Source of the DNA: a virus
Direction: 5' to 3' (one strand)
IMG/VR virus record: IMGVR_UViG_3300048623_000041
Coordinates: 1 to 63,287 of that record
Length of the DNA: 63,287 nucleotides
Below the pieces are notes generated by a model. That model was not told the DNA's origin. It made no database searches and saw only the letters and a list, made by a program, of their open reading frames with translations. Positions within the stretch are counted from its first letter, which is position 1, and each line of letters starts with the position of its first letter. A program made the translations under genes and the position numbers. Of this stretch, positions 51,403 to 59,972 are shown one piece after another.

Positions 51403-53750
51403 GCGTCCTTGACCCCGGCGCTGATGTAGCCGCCCGATCCGGTCGGTTCCTCGCCCTCGGACCGCGCGCGCTCGGCATTGTCCTGCTCGATCGCGGCCTC
51501 GGCTGCGAACTTGCGCTCGTCGCTGTCGGTCTTGATGTGGGTTTCCTGAAGCCGGGCCTGAAGCTGCTCGACCGTGAGGTTGTACTTCTCGGCCATCACC
51601 ATCATCTGCGTGTCCTGCCCGATCTTGGCGGTCTCGCGGCGGCTGTCGGCGTTGATCTTCGCGGCCTCCAGATGGGCCTGCGCCGTTATCATCTCGGGCG
51701 TCTGCTGGTTGGCCTGACTGTCCTCGATCTCCTTGAGTTTCTGGACATATTCCTCTTCGGTCAGGAAAATCTCGTCGGGCGGGATGTTCATCGCCTGCAC
51801 GGTCATGCGCGCCGCGTGATAGCCGCCGGACTTGAGCATGGCGCCGAGCGTCGGGTGCGCCGTCCAGTTCTGGGTGATGAGCAGCAGGTTCTGGCTTTGC
51901 AGTTCCTTCACCAGCAGCACCGAGGTGCCACGGGCATCGACGTTCATGTCGCCCTTGATGTCCGAGTTCGGGTTGAACTGCATGTTCCAGTCGTAGAGCC
52001 GCCGGATCGACGGTGTCGTCAGGTCGTCGTCCCAGTTCTTGACGACGCGGCGGAAGATGATGTTGGCCGCGTTGGTCAGGATCGCCATGCCGCCCATGGT
52101 GTCGGTGACGTTCGATCCCTGATCGCCCTGCGCAATCAGTGGCAGCGCGCATTCCTCGTCGGCAAATTCGCGCGCAAGCTGGATGATGCCCGCGATCTGC
52201 GCCTGGTTCATGGGGATGTCGTGGGTCTCGAAGGCGCGGTCGTTGGGGCTGACGTCGGCGGTCTTCTTCTTCCAGGTCTTGCCAGGCCGGATCGTCCAGT
52301 CGCCATCCTCGGGCTCGACGACATTCTTGTTGATGACGATCTGCGGGATCGCCGACATGCCGCCATTGTCGAGCATCATCCGCCAGCCGCCGTTCAACGC
52401 GCGCTGGGTGTCGGACAGGATTTCCGGCACGCCGACGGCCCCGAGGATCGAGGCCTCGCCGCGTTGGAAGCTGACGACCGAATAGAGCGATTCCCCGCTG
52501 TCGAGGGGATAGTCCTCCATCAGCGCCAGCAGCTCGCCGTCGCAGAAGAAGACGCGGACCATGCGCTCCTCGAACGGGTCGTCGTCGTTGTCGATGCGGT
52601 CGGCGGCTTCGTCACGGCCCTGCGCGCGCAGCATGTTGCTGATCTCGTCGCGCTCAAGCGGCCCGTGATATTCCCACATCACGTAGCGGCCCTTGATCGA
52701 CTGGCCCTCGCCCGTGATCGCCCGGATCTGCGCGATGTGATTGGTGTTGGTATCGACCCCGAGTTGCGGCCCGTTCTGGATCAGCCGGCGGATGGCATCG
52801 ACGTCGAAGTTGAGCAATTGCCCGAGGCGGCGAAGCTCCTTCTTCGACGGCAGATGCCGCTCGAGCGTATATTCGCAGTCCTCCATCGAGGTCGCGCTGC
52901 TCTCGGGAAAGAAGTTCCAGGGATCGACCCGGGTGAAGTTCGGCTTCGGGTCCGGCTGGCTGTTCAGCTGGAAGACGCCGGGTTCGAGCTCGCTCCATTT
53001 GCGGCTCGCCCGGTTCGCCGTCAGTGGTCCCTTGAGGATGCCGGGGCCGAGCCGGACCATGTCGGAGATGACGTCGCGGCAGCGCTTCGGGTAGAGGCAT
53101 TCGACGAGCTGGTCTTCCATGACCCGCTGCATCCCGTCCGAGCGTTTCCGGGCCTCGTCCATTTCGGTATGGAGCCCGCGCGCTCGCTCGGCATAGGCCT
53201 CGGCGGTATTGCGCCAGCCGTCATGGGCGGCAGCGGCCCGGCCCGCCATCTGCATGTCGCCCTGCTCAAAGGCCTGGCCCTGGAGTTCGGACGCGCGGTT
53301 CGCCTTCTGCACCGCCTGCTCGATCTGGCGGACGACCTCGCGGGCATCGGCGACCAGCGTCGGGACCGGCGTCGGCCTAATCCCCCAGTTGCGGTCGTCG
53401 GCGGGGAACAGCATGTCGCTGAGACGCGCCTCCCATGCATCGGCCTTGGCGCGACTGAGCTTGATGAACGCACGCGACCGCTGCCCATTCGATTCCGTGA
53501 GGTTCTTTTCCGTGATGTCGTCGTAGCGGCCGTGATAGGCGCGCAGATTATCGAGCCAGCGCTTTTCGATCGGGGCGCGCAGCGTCACCTCTTCGGATGC
53601 GAGGCGGGCGAGGCGACCGACGATGGCCTCGCAGGCGTGGCGATATTCCTGACGCTCGGTCTCGCTGATCGGCGGGGTCTCGGCGACGGCCGGGAGGTTG
53701 CGCGACATCGCCTCGGGTGAGGCCGTTTGAAGCATGAGCGCCTGCGCCAT
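51399..53750 (-). CDS. Portal protein
   Basis: 783 aa. GAGGAG RBS, 12 nt after the terL C-half. Assigned by size and position. Confidence 0.7.
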   Translation of the reverse strand: MAQALMLQTASPEAMSRNLPAVAETPPISETERQEYRHACEAIVGRLARLASEEVTLRAPIEKRWLDNLRAYHGRYDDITEKNLTESNGQRSRAFIKLSRAKADAWEARLSDMLFPADDRNWGIRPTPVPTLVADAREVVRQIEQAVQKANRASELQGQAFEQGDMQMAGRAAAAHDGWRNTAEAYAERARGLHTEMDEARKRSDGMQRVMEDQLVECLYPKRCRDVISDMVRLGPGILKGPLTANRASRKWSELEPGVFQLNSQPDPKPNFTRVDPWNFFPESSATSMEDCEYTLERHLPSKKELRRLGQLLNFDVDAIRRLIQNGPQLGVDTNTNHIAQIRAITGEGQSIKGRYVMWEYHGPLERDEISNMLRAQGRDEAADRIDNDDDPFEERMVRVFFCDGELLALMEDYPLDSGESLYSVVSFQRGEASILGAVGVPEILSDTQRALNGGWRMMLDNGGMSAIPQIVINKNVVEPEDGDWTIRPGKTWKKKTADVSPNDRAFETHDIPMNQAQIAGIIQLAREFADEECALPLIAQGDQGSNVTDTMGGMAILTNAANIIFRRVVKNWDDDLTTPSIRRLYDWNMQFNPNSDIKGDMNVDARGTSVLLVKELQSQNLLLITQNWTAHPTLGAMLKSGGYHAARMTVQAMNIPPDEIFLTEEEYVQKLKEIEDSQANQQTPEMITAQAHLEAAKINADSRRETAKIGQDTQMMVMAEKYNLTVEQLQARLQETHIKTDSDERKFAAEAAIEQDNAERARSEGEEPTGSGGYISAGVKDA

Positions 53751-53761
53751 CGACTATCTCC

Positions 53762-54520
53762 TCAATAGCCCACGACGGGGTCGCCGCGATGTGCGGTGCC
53801 GCGGTTGGTTGCAACGGGTCTGGTGATGGCGCGCTTAAAACCGGAGACCATGAGATACCGCTTGGCATCCATCAGGTGATCGTCCTTCTTTAAGATCTTG
53901 CTGGTCTCGACACCGAGTTGGCTCTTGGTCGTCTCGCGCCGGTACAAATTATATTCCGCTCGAAACTTGCTGAGCGTTCTGAATACCTTAAGCATACCCG
54001 TCGAATACATCTGCCAGCAAAGCGCCAGCCCGGTCTCAACGCTCTTGTCGGCCGCCTCAACGTCCAGCCCAAGCTCGCGGTACAACGCCATGGTTCGGGT
54101 ACCATCGTGAGGATTTGTCCCGGCGTAGTCGATGACACCGGGTATCCATTCGCCACGCGCCTTGATCGCTGTCGCGTGAATCGAAGGCTCGGCCTGTCCG
54201 CGATAATGCTCGGCGTAGAGATAGTGGACATTGGTGTCGGGATCCCGCGCGCCCCAGATCCCGGCGGTCATTTTCCAGCCCACGTCGAGGCCGTATGCGC
54301 GTGGCCAGAAGTCCGGGATCGGAAAGGGGTCGACGCTGATCTCGTCAAAGTCGATCGGGTAAATCGCGCCCTCACCAAGCGAGGGAACGCCTTCCGACCG
54401 GGCCTTGCGCAGATGCGGCGGCGTGCTGTCGAGCAGTTCCTTCATGGTCTGCGCATCAAGATGCGGCGCGTCTGACCAACCGCACGTGGTGGTGTAGCGG
54501 GAGGTGCCGACGGCCCCCAC
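53762..54520 (-). CDS. terL: Terminase large subunit, C-terminal nuclease half only
   Basis: GTG start preceded by an in-frame TAG. GWSDAPHL, RAYGLDVGW, KKDDHLMDAKRY (RNaseH-like terminase nuclease motifs). No ATPase motifs. Confidence 0.85.
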   Translation of the reverse strand: MGAVGTSRYTTTCGWSDAPHLDAQTMKELLDSTPPHLRKARSEGVPSLGEGAIYPIDFDEISVDPFPIPDFWPRAYGLDVGWKMTAGIWGARDPDTNVHYLYAEHYRGQAEPSIHATAIKARGEWIPGVIDYAGTNPHDGTRTMALYRELGLDVEAADKSVETGLALCWQMYSTGMLKVFRTLSKFRAEYNLYRRETTKSQLGVETSKILKKDDHLMDAKRYLMVSGFKRAITRPVATNRGTAHRGDPVVGY

Positions 54521-54524
54521 CTAT

Positions 54525-54541
54525 CTATCCCAATACGATAT
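54525..54541. promoter_or_regulatory. Operator-like site E1: CTATCCCAATACGATAT
   Basis: Begins 5 nt from the GTG of the terL C-half. Confidence 0.55.
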
Positions 54542-54556
54542 ACGCGCTTGCGTAAA

Positions 54557-54573
54557 ATATCTTGTTAGGATAT
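54557..54573. promoter_or_regulatory. Operator-like site E2: ATATCTTGTTAGGATAT
   Basis: Perfect ATATC-N7-GATAT arms. Confidence 0.55.
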
Positions 54574-54618
54574 TTAAAGCCCCCATGATGTCCCCACCGC
54601 GCGATAACAGCAGATTAA

Positions 54619-54635
54619 ATATCGTATTTAGGAAT
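54619..54635. promoter_or_regulatory. Operator-like site E3: ATATCGTATTTAGGAAT (inverted orientation)
   Basis: The reverse complement is ATTCCTAAATACGATAT. Confidence 0.5.
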
Positions 54636-54700
54636 TCTTGGGAAGGCCTAGCGGTTTATGCCGCCTGTGCTCTGTTCCCCCTCCCCCGCCAGGTGCCGGC

Positions 54701-55387
54701 ATGAACGGGGTGCGTCCGAAGCTGCTTGACCTATTCTGCAAGGCTGGTGGCGCAGCGATGGGCTATCACCGTGCGGGCTTCGATGTTGTTGGCGTCGATA
54801 TAGAGCCGCAGCCGAACTACCCTTTCGAGTTCATCCAAGCTGACGCGCTGGCGCTCGACCCCGCATTCATCGCCTCCTTCGACGCGATCCACGCCAGCCC
54901 GCCCTGCCAGCGATATAGCCAGATGAGTGTTCGGTATGCGGACACTGCTCGAGCATCGCGGCCGGACCTCATCGCGCCAGTTCGCCAGATGCTCGAATTT
55001 GCAGGACTGCCGTTCGTGATCGAGAATGTGAATGGCGCGCGTCACGAACTGAAAAAGCCGTTCCGGCTCACCGGAGAGATGTTCGGCCTCGGAGTTCATC
55101 GTCCTCGATGGTTCGAGAGCAACGCCTACATTCTCGCGCCGATAGCGCCTCCCAAGCAGCCCGATCCGATTGCGGTCTATGGCGCGCGGATGGATGGAAG
55201 GCTTCTATGGAAGCGCACGGACGGAACCGAGCTGCGGGCGCCGCGCTCGATCGAGCCGTGCAGAGAGGCCATGGGCATCGACTGGATGGATTGGGACGAA
55301 CTGAAGGAATCGATCCCTCCCGCCTACACTCAATTCATCGGCCGCCAGCTATTCGCTCACATCGAAGCGCAAAGGAAAGCAGCATGA
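54701..55387 (+). CDS. Compact C5-cytosine DNA methyltransferase
   Basis: Trimmed to MNGVRPK. Motif I DLFCKAGGAAMGY, motif IV SPPCQ, motif VI ENV, C-terminal SIPPAYTQFIG. Confidence 0.75.
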   Translation: MNGVRPKLLDLFCKAGGAAMGYHRAGFDVVGVDIEPQPNYPFEFIQADALALDPAFIASFDAIHASPPCQRYSQMSVRYADTARASRPDLIAPVRQMLEFAGLPFVIENVNGARHELKKPFRLTGEMFGLGVHRPRWFESNAYILAPIAPPKQPDPIAVYGARMDGRLLWKRTDGTELRAPRSIEPCREAMGIDWMDWDELKESIPPAYTQFIGRQLFAHIEAQRKAA

Positions 55388-55830
55388 ACGGGGTGGCTGC
55401 ACTGGCAGAGCGCGTGGAAGCGGGAGCGATAAAAGCTCTCAGCATCAAGCAGCCCTATCCGCATCACATCTTCCACGATGGCAAGGACGTGGAGAACCGC
55501 GACTGGCCTACGAAGGGGCGCGGCTGGGTAATTGTGCACGCGGGAGTGAGCAAGACCGAACTGGACATGGAAGATCCGCACGAAGCCGCAATGCCTCGCG
55601 GTGGCGTTGTCGGCATGATGAAGATTGTTGATTGCGTCGAGCAAATGGACAGTCGCTGGTTCTTTGGTCGGTACGGCTTCGTCATTGGTGAGGCGTTCCC
55701 GTTGCCGCTTATCGAATGCAGGGGTCAGCTCGGCTTCTTCAAGCTGCCGGGCGAGGTTAACCGCGCCATCGCAGCCGCTCTTCGGGCTCGCAGCATGATC
55801 CCGCCAATCCCTCCGACTGGGGAAGGGTGA
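55384..55830 (+). CDS. ASCH domain protein
   Basis: ALSIKQPYPHHIFHDGKDVENRDW. ATGA overlap with the methylase. Confidence 0.7.
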   Translation: MNGVAALAERVEAGAIKALSIKQPYPHHIFHDGKDVENRDWPTKGRGWVIVHAGVSKTELDMEDPHEAAMPRGGVVGMMKIVDCVEQMDSRWFFGRYGFVIGEAFPLPLIECRGQLGFFKLPGEVNRAIAAALRARSMIPPIPPTGEG

Positions 55831-55838
55831 GCATGGGC
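55784..55838. repeat. Direct repeat copy 1 flanking the phosphatase gene
   Basis: GGGCTCGCAGCATGATCCCGCCAATCCCTCCGACTGGGGAAGGGTGAGCATGGGC. It differs from 56535..56592 by 2 mismatches and a 3-nt indel. Confidence 0.9.
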
Positions 55839-56549
55839 CTGACCTTTGCAATCGCCGATACCCACGGGCGCTTCGACCTGCTCTGCAAGGCTGTTTCCCT
55901 GTGTGAGGATTACTCACGCGGAGGAGGCACGCTGATCGTCCTTGGCGACTTCGTTGATCGCGGTCCCCAGTCTCGTTCGATCATCGACCTGCTTATGGCA
56001 GGCCCGACGCTGCCGAACTGGCGGTGGATCGTCCTACAGGGCAATCACGAAGCGATGATGCTGGAGTGCCTGACCAACCCCGGTATTCTGAAATGGTGGA
56101 TCGGTAACGGTGGCAACGCCACGTTGAAAAGCTACGGCTATCAACACGGCGACGACCTGCTCCCGCTTAAGATACCGACCAATCATCTAATGTGGCTAGC
56201 TGAATTGCCGGTTTTCCACGAGGACGATCATCGTATTTACGTCCACGCTGGCGTGCCGTTCGATCAGGACGTGCGTGAAACCAAAACCGATACTCTCCAG
56301 TGGATGCTTTACGCCGGATATGATCCAATGGGCGAGAGCGCGACTATCATGCCGGATGAAAGGCATGTGTCTGGCAAGCACATCGTTCACGGCCATGAGC
56401 AGTCTGCGACGCACCCGCTCATAAAACCGCACCGCACTAATCTCGATAGCTTCGCCTGGTACACGGGTCAGCTCGCGATCGGTGTGTTCGATGAAGAACA
56501 GCCCGGCGGCCCGATCAACGTCCTGTTTGCGGAAGGGCCCGCAGCATGA
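55833..56549 (+). CDS. Ser/Thr protein phosphatase (lambda PPase-like metallophosphoesterase)
   Basis: ADTHGRFD, GDFVDRG, GNHE, VHGHE. The start is placed at the ATG inside the repeat, by analogy with copy 2. Confidence 0.85.
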   Translation: MGLTFAIADTHGRFDLLCKAVSLCEDYSRGGGTLIVLGDFVDRGPQSRSIIDLLMAGPTLPNWRWIVLQGNHEAMMLECLTNPGILKWWIGNGGNATLKSYGYQHGDDLLPLKIPTNHLMWLAELPVFHEDDHRIYVHAGVPFDQDVRETKTDTLQWMLYAGYDPMGESATIMPDERHVSGKHIVHGHEQSATHPLIKPHRTNLDSFAWYTGQLAIGVFDEEQPGGPINVLFAEGPAA

Positions 56550-56592
56550 TCCCGCTAATCCCTCCGACGACTGGGGAAGGGTGAGCATGGGC
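56535..56592. repeat. Direct repeat copy 2
   Basis: GGGCCCGCAGCATGATCCCGCTAATCCCTCCGACGACTGGGGAAGGGTGAGCATGGGC. It contains the RBS and ATG of the next gene. Confidence 0.9.
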
Positions 56593-56799
56593 GAGGAAAC
56601 CTATCGCGGATGGTCGATCCATCAAGGGCGCTGGCCGGAACCTGCATGGATGGCGACAGGCCCCAATTACGACGCCTCCTATGAGGGGGAAGAAGACGGC
56701 TGGGTCGACAATGGCGAGAAGGCCGATGCGCCTACGCTTGAAGCTCTAAAACAAGAAATCGACATTTGGTTTGAGGAGCACGGCGATGACCGGCAATGA
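56587..56799 (+). CDS. Small acidic protein
   Basis: MGEETYRGWSIHQGRW.... 70 aa. Confidence 0.55.
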   Translation: MGEETYRGWSIHQGRWPEPAWMATGPNYDASYEGEEDGWVDNGEKADAPTLEALKQEIDIWFEEHGDDRQ

Positions 56800-56995
56800 T
56801 TGGGCTTTCGGCCCGTGGATCGATTGGGCTGGCGGCGCTTGCCCGGTAGCAGAATATTCATTCCCTGAGGTTCGCTATCGGTCGAACGGCACCACAGAGA
56901 TGCAGGCCAACAAGCTCCGTTGGGAGCATACCGGCGCATGGGATGACGTGTTTGCCTATCGCGTGAGGCGTGTGATGCCGGGGATTTGTCCATGA
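56786..56995 (+). CDS. Small Trp-rich protein
   Basis: MTGNDWAFGPWIDWAGG.... Confidence 0.5.
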   Translation: MTGNDWAFGPWIDWAGGACPVAEYSFPEVRYRSNGTTEMQANKLRWEHTGAWDDVFAYRVRRVMPGICP

Positions 56996-57198
56996 CCGAT
57001 CCAATCCCCAATTCCCAACCCGGAGACAATGAAATGAGCGCTGAGATGGAGCCAGACTATTACGACTGCGGCTATTGTTACGGAAACGGCTGCCTGTCCT
57101 GCGGCATGACGGGTCGGGTCGAGAGCGCCAGCCATCGCGAGGACCGCGAGGATTATGAAGATCGGAAAGCAGACGCGATCCGGAAAGGTGAATGGTGA
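56992..57198 (+). CDS. Mini-protein with a DnaJ-type zinc finger (CxxCxGxG)
   Basis: CGYCYGNGCLSCGMTG. ATGA overlap with the upstream gene. Confidence 0.5.
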   Translation: MTDPIPNSQPGDNEMSAEMEPDYYDCGYCYGNGCLSCGMTGRVESASHREDREDYEDRKADAIRKGEW

Positions 57199-57851
57199 TG
57201 GAGCCGAGGGAGCAAGTAGCGCGGAACATCGCACCATCCGAATGGGCCGAGCGAGACCGCTGCTCTCAACTGCGCGACTATTACGATCAGGAATATGCGA
57301 ACATTCAGCTATTCGGCTCATTTGAAGGATGGGTTGACCGAATGACCGGCCCGTCGCTTAAGGCGGCTGACGCGATACTTTCAGCCCTCGCAGCCCACCC
57401 CGTCGAGATCGAGGCCGGGCAGTGGCCGGATATTGCGAGCGCGCCGAAGGATGGGAGCTATATCCTTGCCGAAGTGGCGGAGAACGATAGCCTTCAATTT
57501 CGCCATCAAGTCGGTCGCATGTTCGTCATCCGTCATGAAGGCAGGACAGCCAGTGGTTGCGATCTGGGTTGGGCGGTGTATCCAGGCTATGGCGGTGCCC
57601 CAGACAGCTTTTTCTCGCGCTGGCAGCCTGTCCCGCCCGCCCCTCCCCTCTCCCGCGACACGTCCGAGATCGAGGCTGCGCTGGAGCCGTTTGCGGCATT
57701 TGCCGACGCGCTCAATGATGCCGTACCTGATAACATTGCGCTCGCGATCTTTGCCGACGGTGCCACAATGTTCGGACCCGGCGCGCCCTCTGTTGGCGAT
57801 CTTCGCCGTGCCCGATCCGCCCTCGCCAGCCTGCGGGGTGCGCGGTCGTGA
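57192..57851 (+). CDS. Hypothetical protein, paralogous N-module A
   Basis: 219 aa. Its N-terminus is shared with 58065..58316. Confidence 0.6.
   Translation: MVMEPREQVARNIAPSEWAERDRCSQLRDYYDQEYANIQLFGSFEGWVDRMTGPSLKAADAILSALAAHPVEIEAGQWPDIASAPKDGSYILAEVAENDSLQFRHQVGRMFVIRHEGRTASGCDLGWAVYPGYGGAPDSFFSRWQPVPPAPPLSRDTSEIEAALEPFAAFADALNDAVPDNIALAIFADGATMFGPGAPSVGDLRRARSALASLRGARS
57210..57365. repeat. Dispersed repeat copy 1 (62-nt perfect core 57255..57316)
   Basis: The core GACCGCTGCTCTCAACTGCGCGACTATTACGATCAGGAATATGCGAACATTCAGCTATTCGG is identical to 58158..58219. Confidence 0.9.
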
Positions 57852-58063
57852 GCGGGGAAGCTGAAGGCCCGCAGCCCGAGTTTCCTACTCGGTTCCGCTA
57901 TCCAGAAAAGATCGCGCCGGGCCGTTACGAGGTCAAATGCTGGGTCGGGGGCGAGCACATGGCTGTGCGCTTCAAAACGGAGCGAGATGCGGCGCGGTTC
58001 TTTCGGGCTGCCGAGCGCGGCCAGACGGTCGTATTCGATGAACCTCATGGGAGCACGATTTAA
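57848..58063 (+). CDS. Small hypothetical protein
   Basis: 71 aa, GTG start. Confidence 0.5.
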   Translation: MSGEAEGPQPEFPTRFRYPEKIAPGRYEVKCWVGGEHMAVRFKTERDAARFFRAAERGQTVVFDEPHGSTI

Positions 58064-58064
58064 C

Positions 58065-58316
58065 ATGACCACCGACACCGATGCGCTGGAAGTGGCTGCG
58101 GGGCTGGAGATTGAGCAGATCGCGCGAATCATTGCCCCTTCGGAGTGGGCAGAGCGCGACCGCTGCTCTCAACTGCGCGACTATTACGATCAGGAATATG
58201 CGAACATTCAGCTATTCGGGTCGTTCGAAGGATGGGTTGACCGAATGACGGGCCCCTCATTGAAGAAGGCTGCCACAATCCGCGCCCTTCTATCAGCCCA
58301 GCAGGAGATTTTGTGA
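58065..58316 (+). CDS. Hypothetical protein, paralogous N-module B
   Basis: Trimmed to MTTDTDALEV.... Shares IAPSEWAERDRCSQLRDYYDQEYANIQLFGSFEGWVDRMTGPSLK. Confidence 0.55.
   Translation: MTTDTDALEVAAGLEIEQIARIIAPSEWAERDRCSQLRDYYDQEYANIQLFGSFEGWVDRMTGPSLKKAATIRALLSAQQEIL
58113..58268. repeat. Dispersed repeat copy 2
   Basis: See 57210..57365. Confidence 0.9.
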
Positions 58317-58489
58317 TGGGCTTCCGACTTAGCAACTTCGACGACTTCTGCGCTGGGGCGAAATGCACCCCTACTGAGCGCGATCAATTGGCATGGCATC
58401 TCGCGATGTTCCGCGCCCGCCGAACCTATGAGGAGTTGATGAAATGTCCCTCTACGCGACCTGCCCGTGCGGCATTCCGGAAGGCTTAG
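58316..58489 (+). CDS. Possible 57-aa protein
   Basis: Own translation: MGFRLSNFDDFCAGAKCTPTERDQLAWHLAMFRARRTYEEL.... Overlaps the next gene by 46 nt. Confidence 0.3.
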   Translation: MGFRLSNFDDFCAGAKCTPTERDQLAWHLAMFRARRTYEELMKCPSTRPARAAFRKA

Positions 58490-59037
58490 ATATGGTTCAC
58501 TTGCGTACCGATTGTCCGCATTACGGTGCGTCGCCCATGACTGACACTCCCCCGGCGGGGCTGGTGGCCGTTGAGCAGTGCGATCGGGATGCGGCGGCCA
58601 ATCTGGCGCAATGGCTCATAAATGCCAGTTTGGCATGGAGCGAAGATTACACACCCTTCTTCGTAGCGGAATTCCCGCAAAAGGTGCGCGAAGGAATTTG
58701 GGATAACCATGACTGGGCCCAAGCCTTCGCCCGCCACCGCATCAAAGCAACCCGCGCGATGGGGGTTGAGATCCAAAATATCCGTGAAGTTCGCGATCAG
58801 ACAGTTATTCTCGCCAAAGAGTATCTCGCCCGCGCCACCAAGGCCGAAGCCAAGCTTGAGGCTATGCGGGAGGCGGCGCAGGTTCTTGTCGACAAACTAG
58901 ACGAAGTGGCACCGCATATATCCGGTCAAACGGCGTATATGCTGGCGCACGGGATTAAATACGATGGGCCCAATTATGGGGAAGAGCTGAAGTCTCTACG
59001 CCAAGCCCTCTCACGCGAGGGAGGTTCTGCATCGTGA
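58444..59037 (+). CDS. Hypothetical protein
   Basis: 197 aa. GAGGAG lies 8 nt upstream. Confidence 0.6.
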   Translation: MSLYATCPCGIPEGLDMVHLRTDCPHYGASPMTDTPPAGLVAVEQCDRDAAANLAQWLINASLAWSEDYTPFFVAEFPQKVREGIWDNHDWAQAFARHRIKATRAMGVEIQNIREVRDQTVILAKEYLARATKAEAKLEAMREAAQVLVDKLDEVAPHISGQTAYMLAHGIKYDGPNYGEELKSLRQALSREGGSAS

Positions 59038-59219
59038 GCAAAAGCAGCCCTTGGCGCACCAATTATATGTGGCGGAAATCATTTGGGAAGCAGCCGCCGG
59101 GTTTCCGTCGTCCGTGGCCGTGGATGCGCTTAATCGAGAAGCGAGTTGATAGACTCATCGAAGCACAATTCAGAAATAAACTTTACGCGGATTATGTTCG
59201 GCACAGAAAGTCGCACTGA
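59034..59219 (+). CDS. Small basic protein
   Basis: 61 aa. Confidence 0.45.
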   Translation: MSKSSPWRTNYMWRKSFGKQPPGFRRPWPWMRLIEKRVDRLIEAQFRNKLYADYVRHRKSH

Positions 59220-59240
59220 TTCCCCTACAGGAGACCCCCG

Positions 59241-59495
59241 ATGCAGGATGAAGTGAGCGCGGAGCAGGTGGATATCGACGCCGCAACCCGATGGTGGCTG
59301 GCGTCAGATCAGTTGCGAACGGCAGAGTTTGGCGAACTGGCTAAGGCCTTCGCGGAGGCCCGGTATCAAGAGCGCGAGCGGTGCGCCAAGGTTGCCGAAA
59401 GATACATGAGTTACGGGATATCGGGCGAGGTTGCTAAAAATATAGCACAGCGCATCCGCCAAGGGTCGGCCATCACAGAACGGAGCGGGGGATGA
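59241..59495 (+). CDS. Small hypothetical protein
   Basis: 84 aa. Confidence 0.5.
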   Translation: MQDEVSAEQVDIDAATRWWLASDQLRTAEFGELAKAFAEARYQERERCAKVAERYMSYGISGEVAKNIAQRIRQGSAITERSGG

Positions 59496-59614
59496 TGACG
59501 GAACGTGAGAAATTCCTTTGTATCCAGCACCGTCTGCCCATGATCCTATGGTTCAGCCGAACCACTCAACGCTGGATCTATTACTGTCACCACTGTCTGG
59601 AGCAAGTCGTATGA
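59492..59614 (+). CDS. 40-aa Cys-containing peptide
   Basis: Own translation: MMTEREKFLCIQHRLPMILWFSRTTQRWIYYCHHCLEQVV. ATGA-coupled at both ends. Confidence 0.35.
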   Translation: MMTEREKFLCIQHRLPMILWFSRTTQRWIYYCHHCLEQVV

Positions 59615-59781
59615 AGATAGGACGATATCACTCAACGATGATTACGGGCTATCGCGGTCACGGCAAGCGCTGGGGTAAGATCAACTTCGGCAACGGCTTT
59701 ACGCTGCGCTTTGGGCGTCTCGCCTTCCATTTCTGGAAGGCCCCAGATCCGAAATATTATTCTGGGCGAACCAGGTCATGA
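59611..59781 (+). CDS. 56-aa basic peptide
   Basis: MKIGRYHSTMITGYRGHGKRWGK.... Confidence 0.4.
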   Translation: MKIGRYHSTMITGYRGHGKRWGKINFGNGFTLRFGRLAFHFWKAPDPKYYSGRTRS

Positions 59782-59972
59782 CCACCCCGCCCTCGATTGA
59801 TGCGCTGCGGCCGTGCCCGCGTTGTGGCGCCTTGCCTTGCGATTGGGTGGATAATCCGCACAAACCCGGCGCCAACCTGTCAACAAACCCCGATATTTCG
59901 AACACGTCACCGGGATATGTTAAGCAGGGTGACGCGATGGTGGAGCGGGTTGAGAACGGAGGCGAGTTATGA
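59778..59972 (+). CDS. Small protein with CPRC
   Basis: 64 aa. Confidence 0.45.
   Translation: MTTPPSIDALRPCPRCGALPCDWVDNPHKPGANLSTNPDISNTSPGYVKQGDAMVERVENGGEL

Noticed and set aside
51067-52152. Long N-terminal extensions in the ORF track (51067..52152, 50855..51478, 5356..7200, 3270..5408, 60946..63225, 39125, 13738, 16778, 21044, 18375, 55108, 23292 and others).
   Set aside because: The upstream parts overlap the preceding gene and look like junk. Internal starts that abut or overlap the upstream stop (ATGA/TGATG) give compact, sensible genes.
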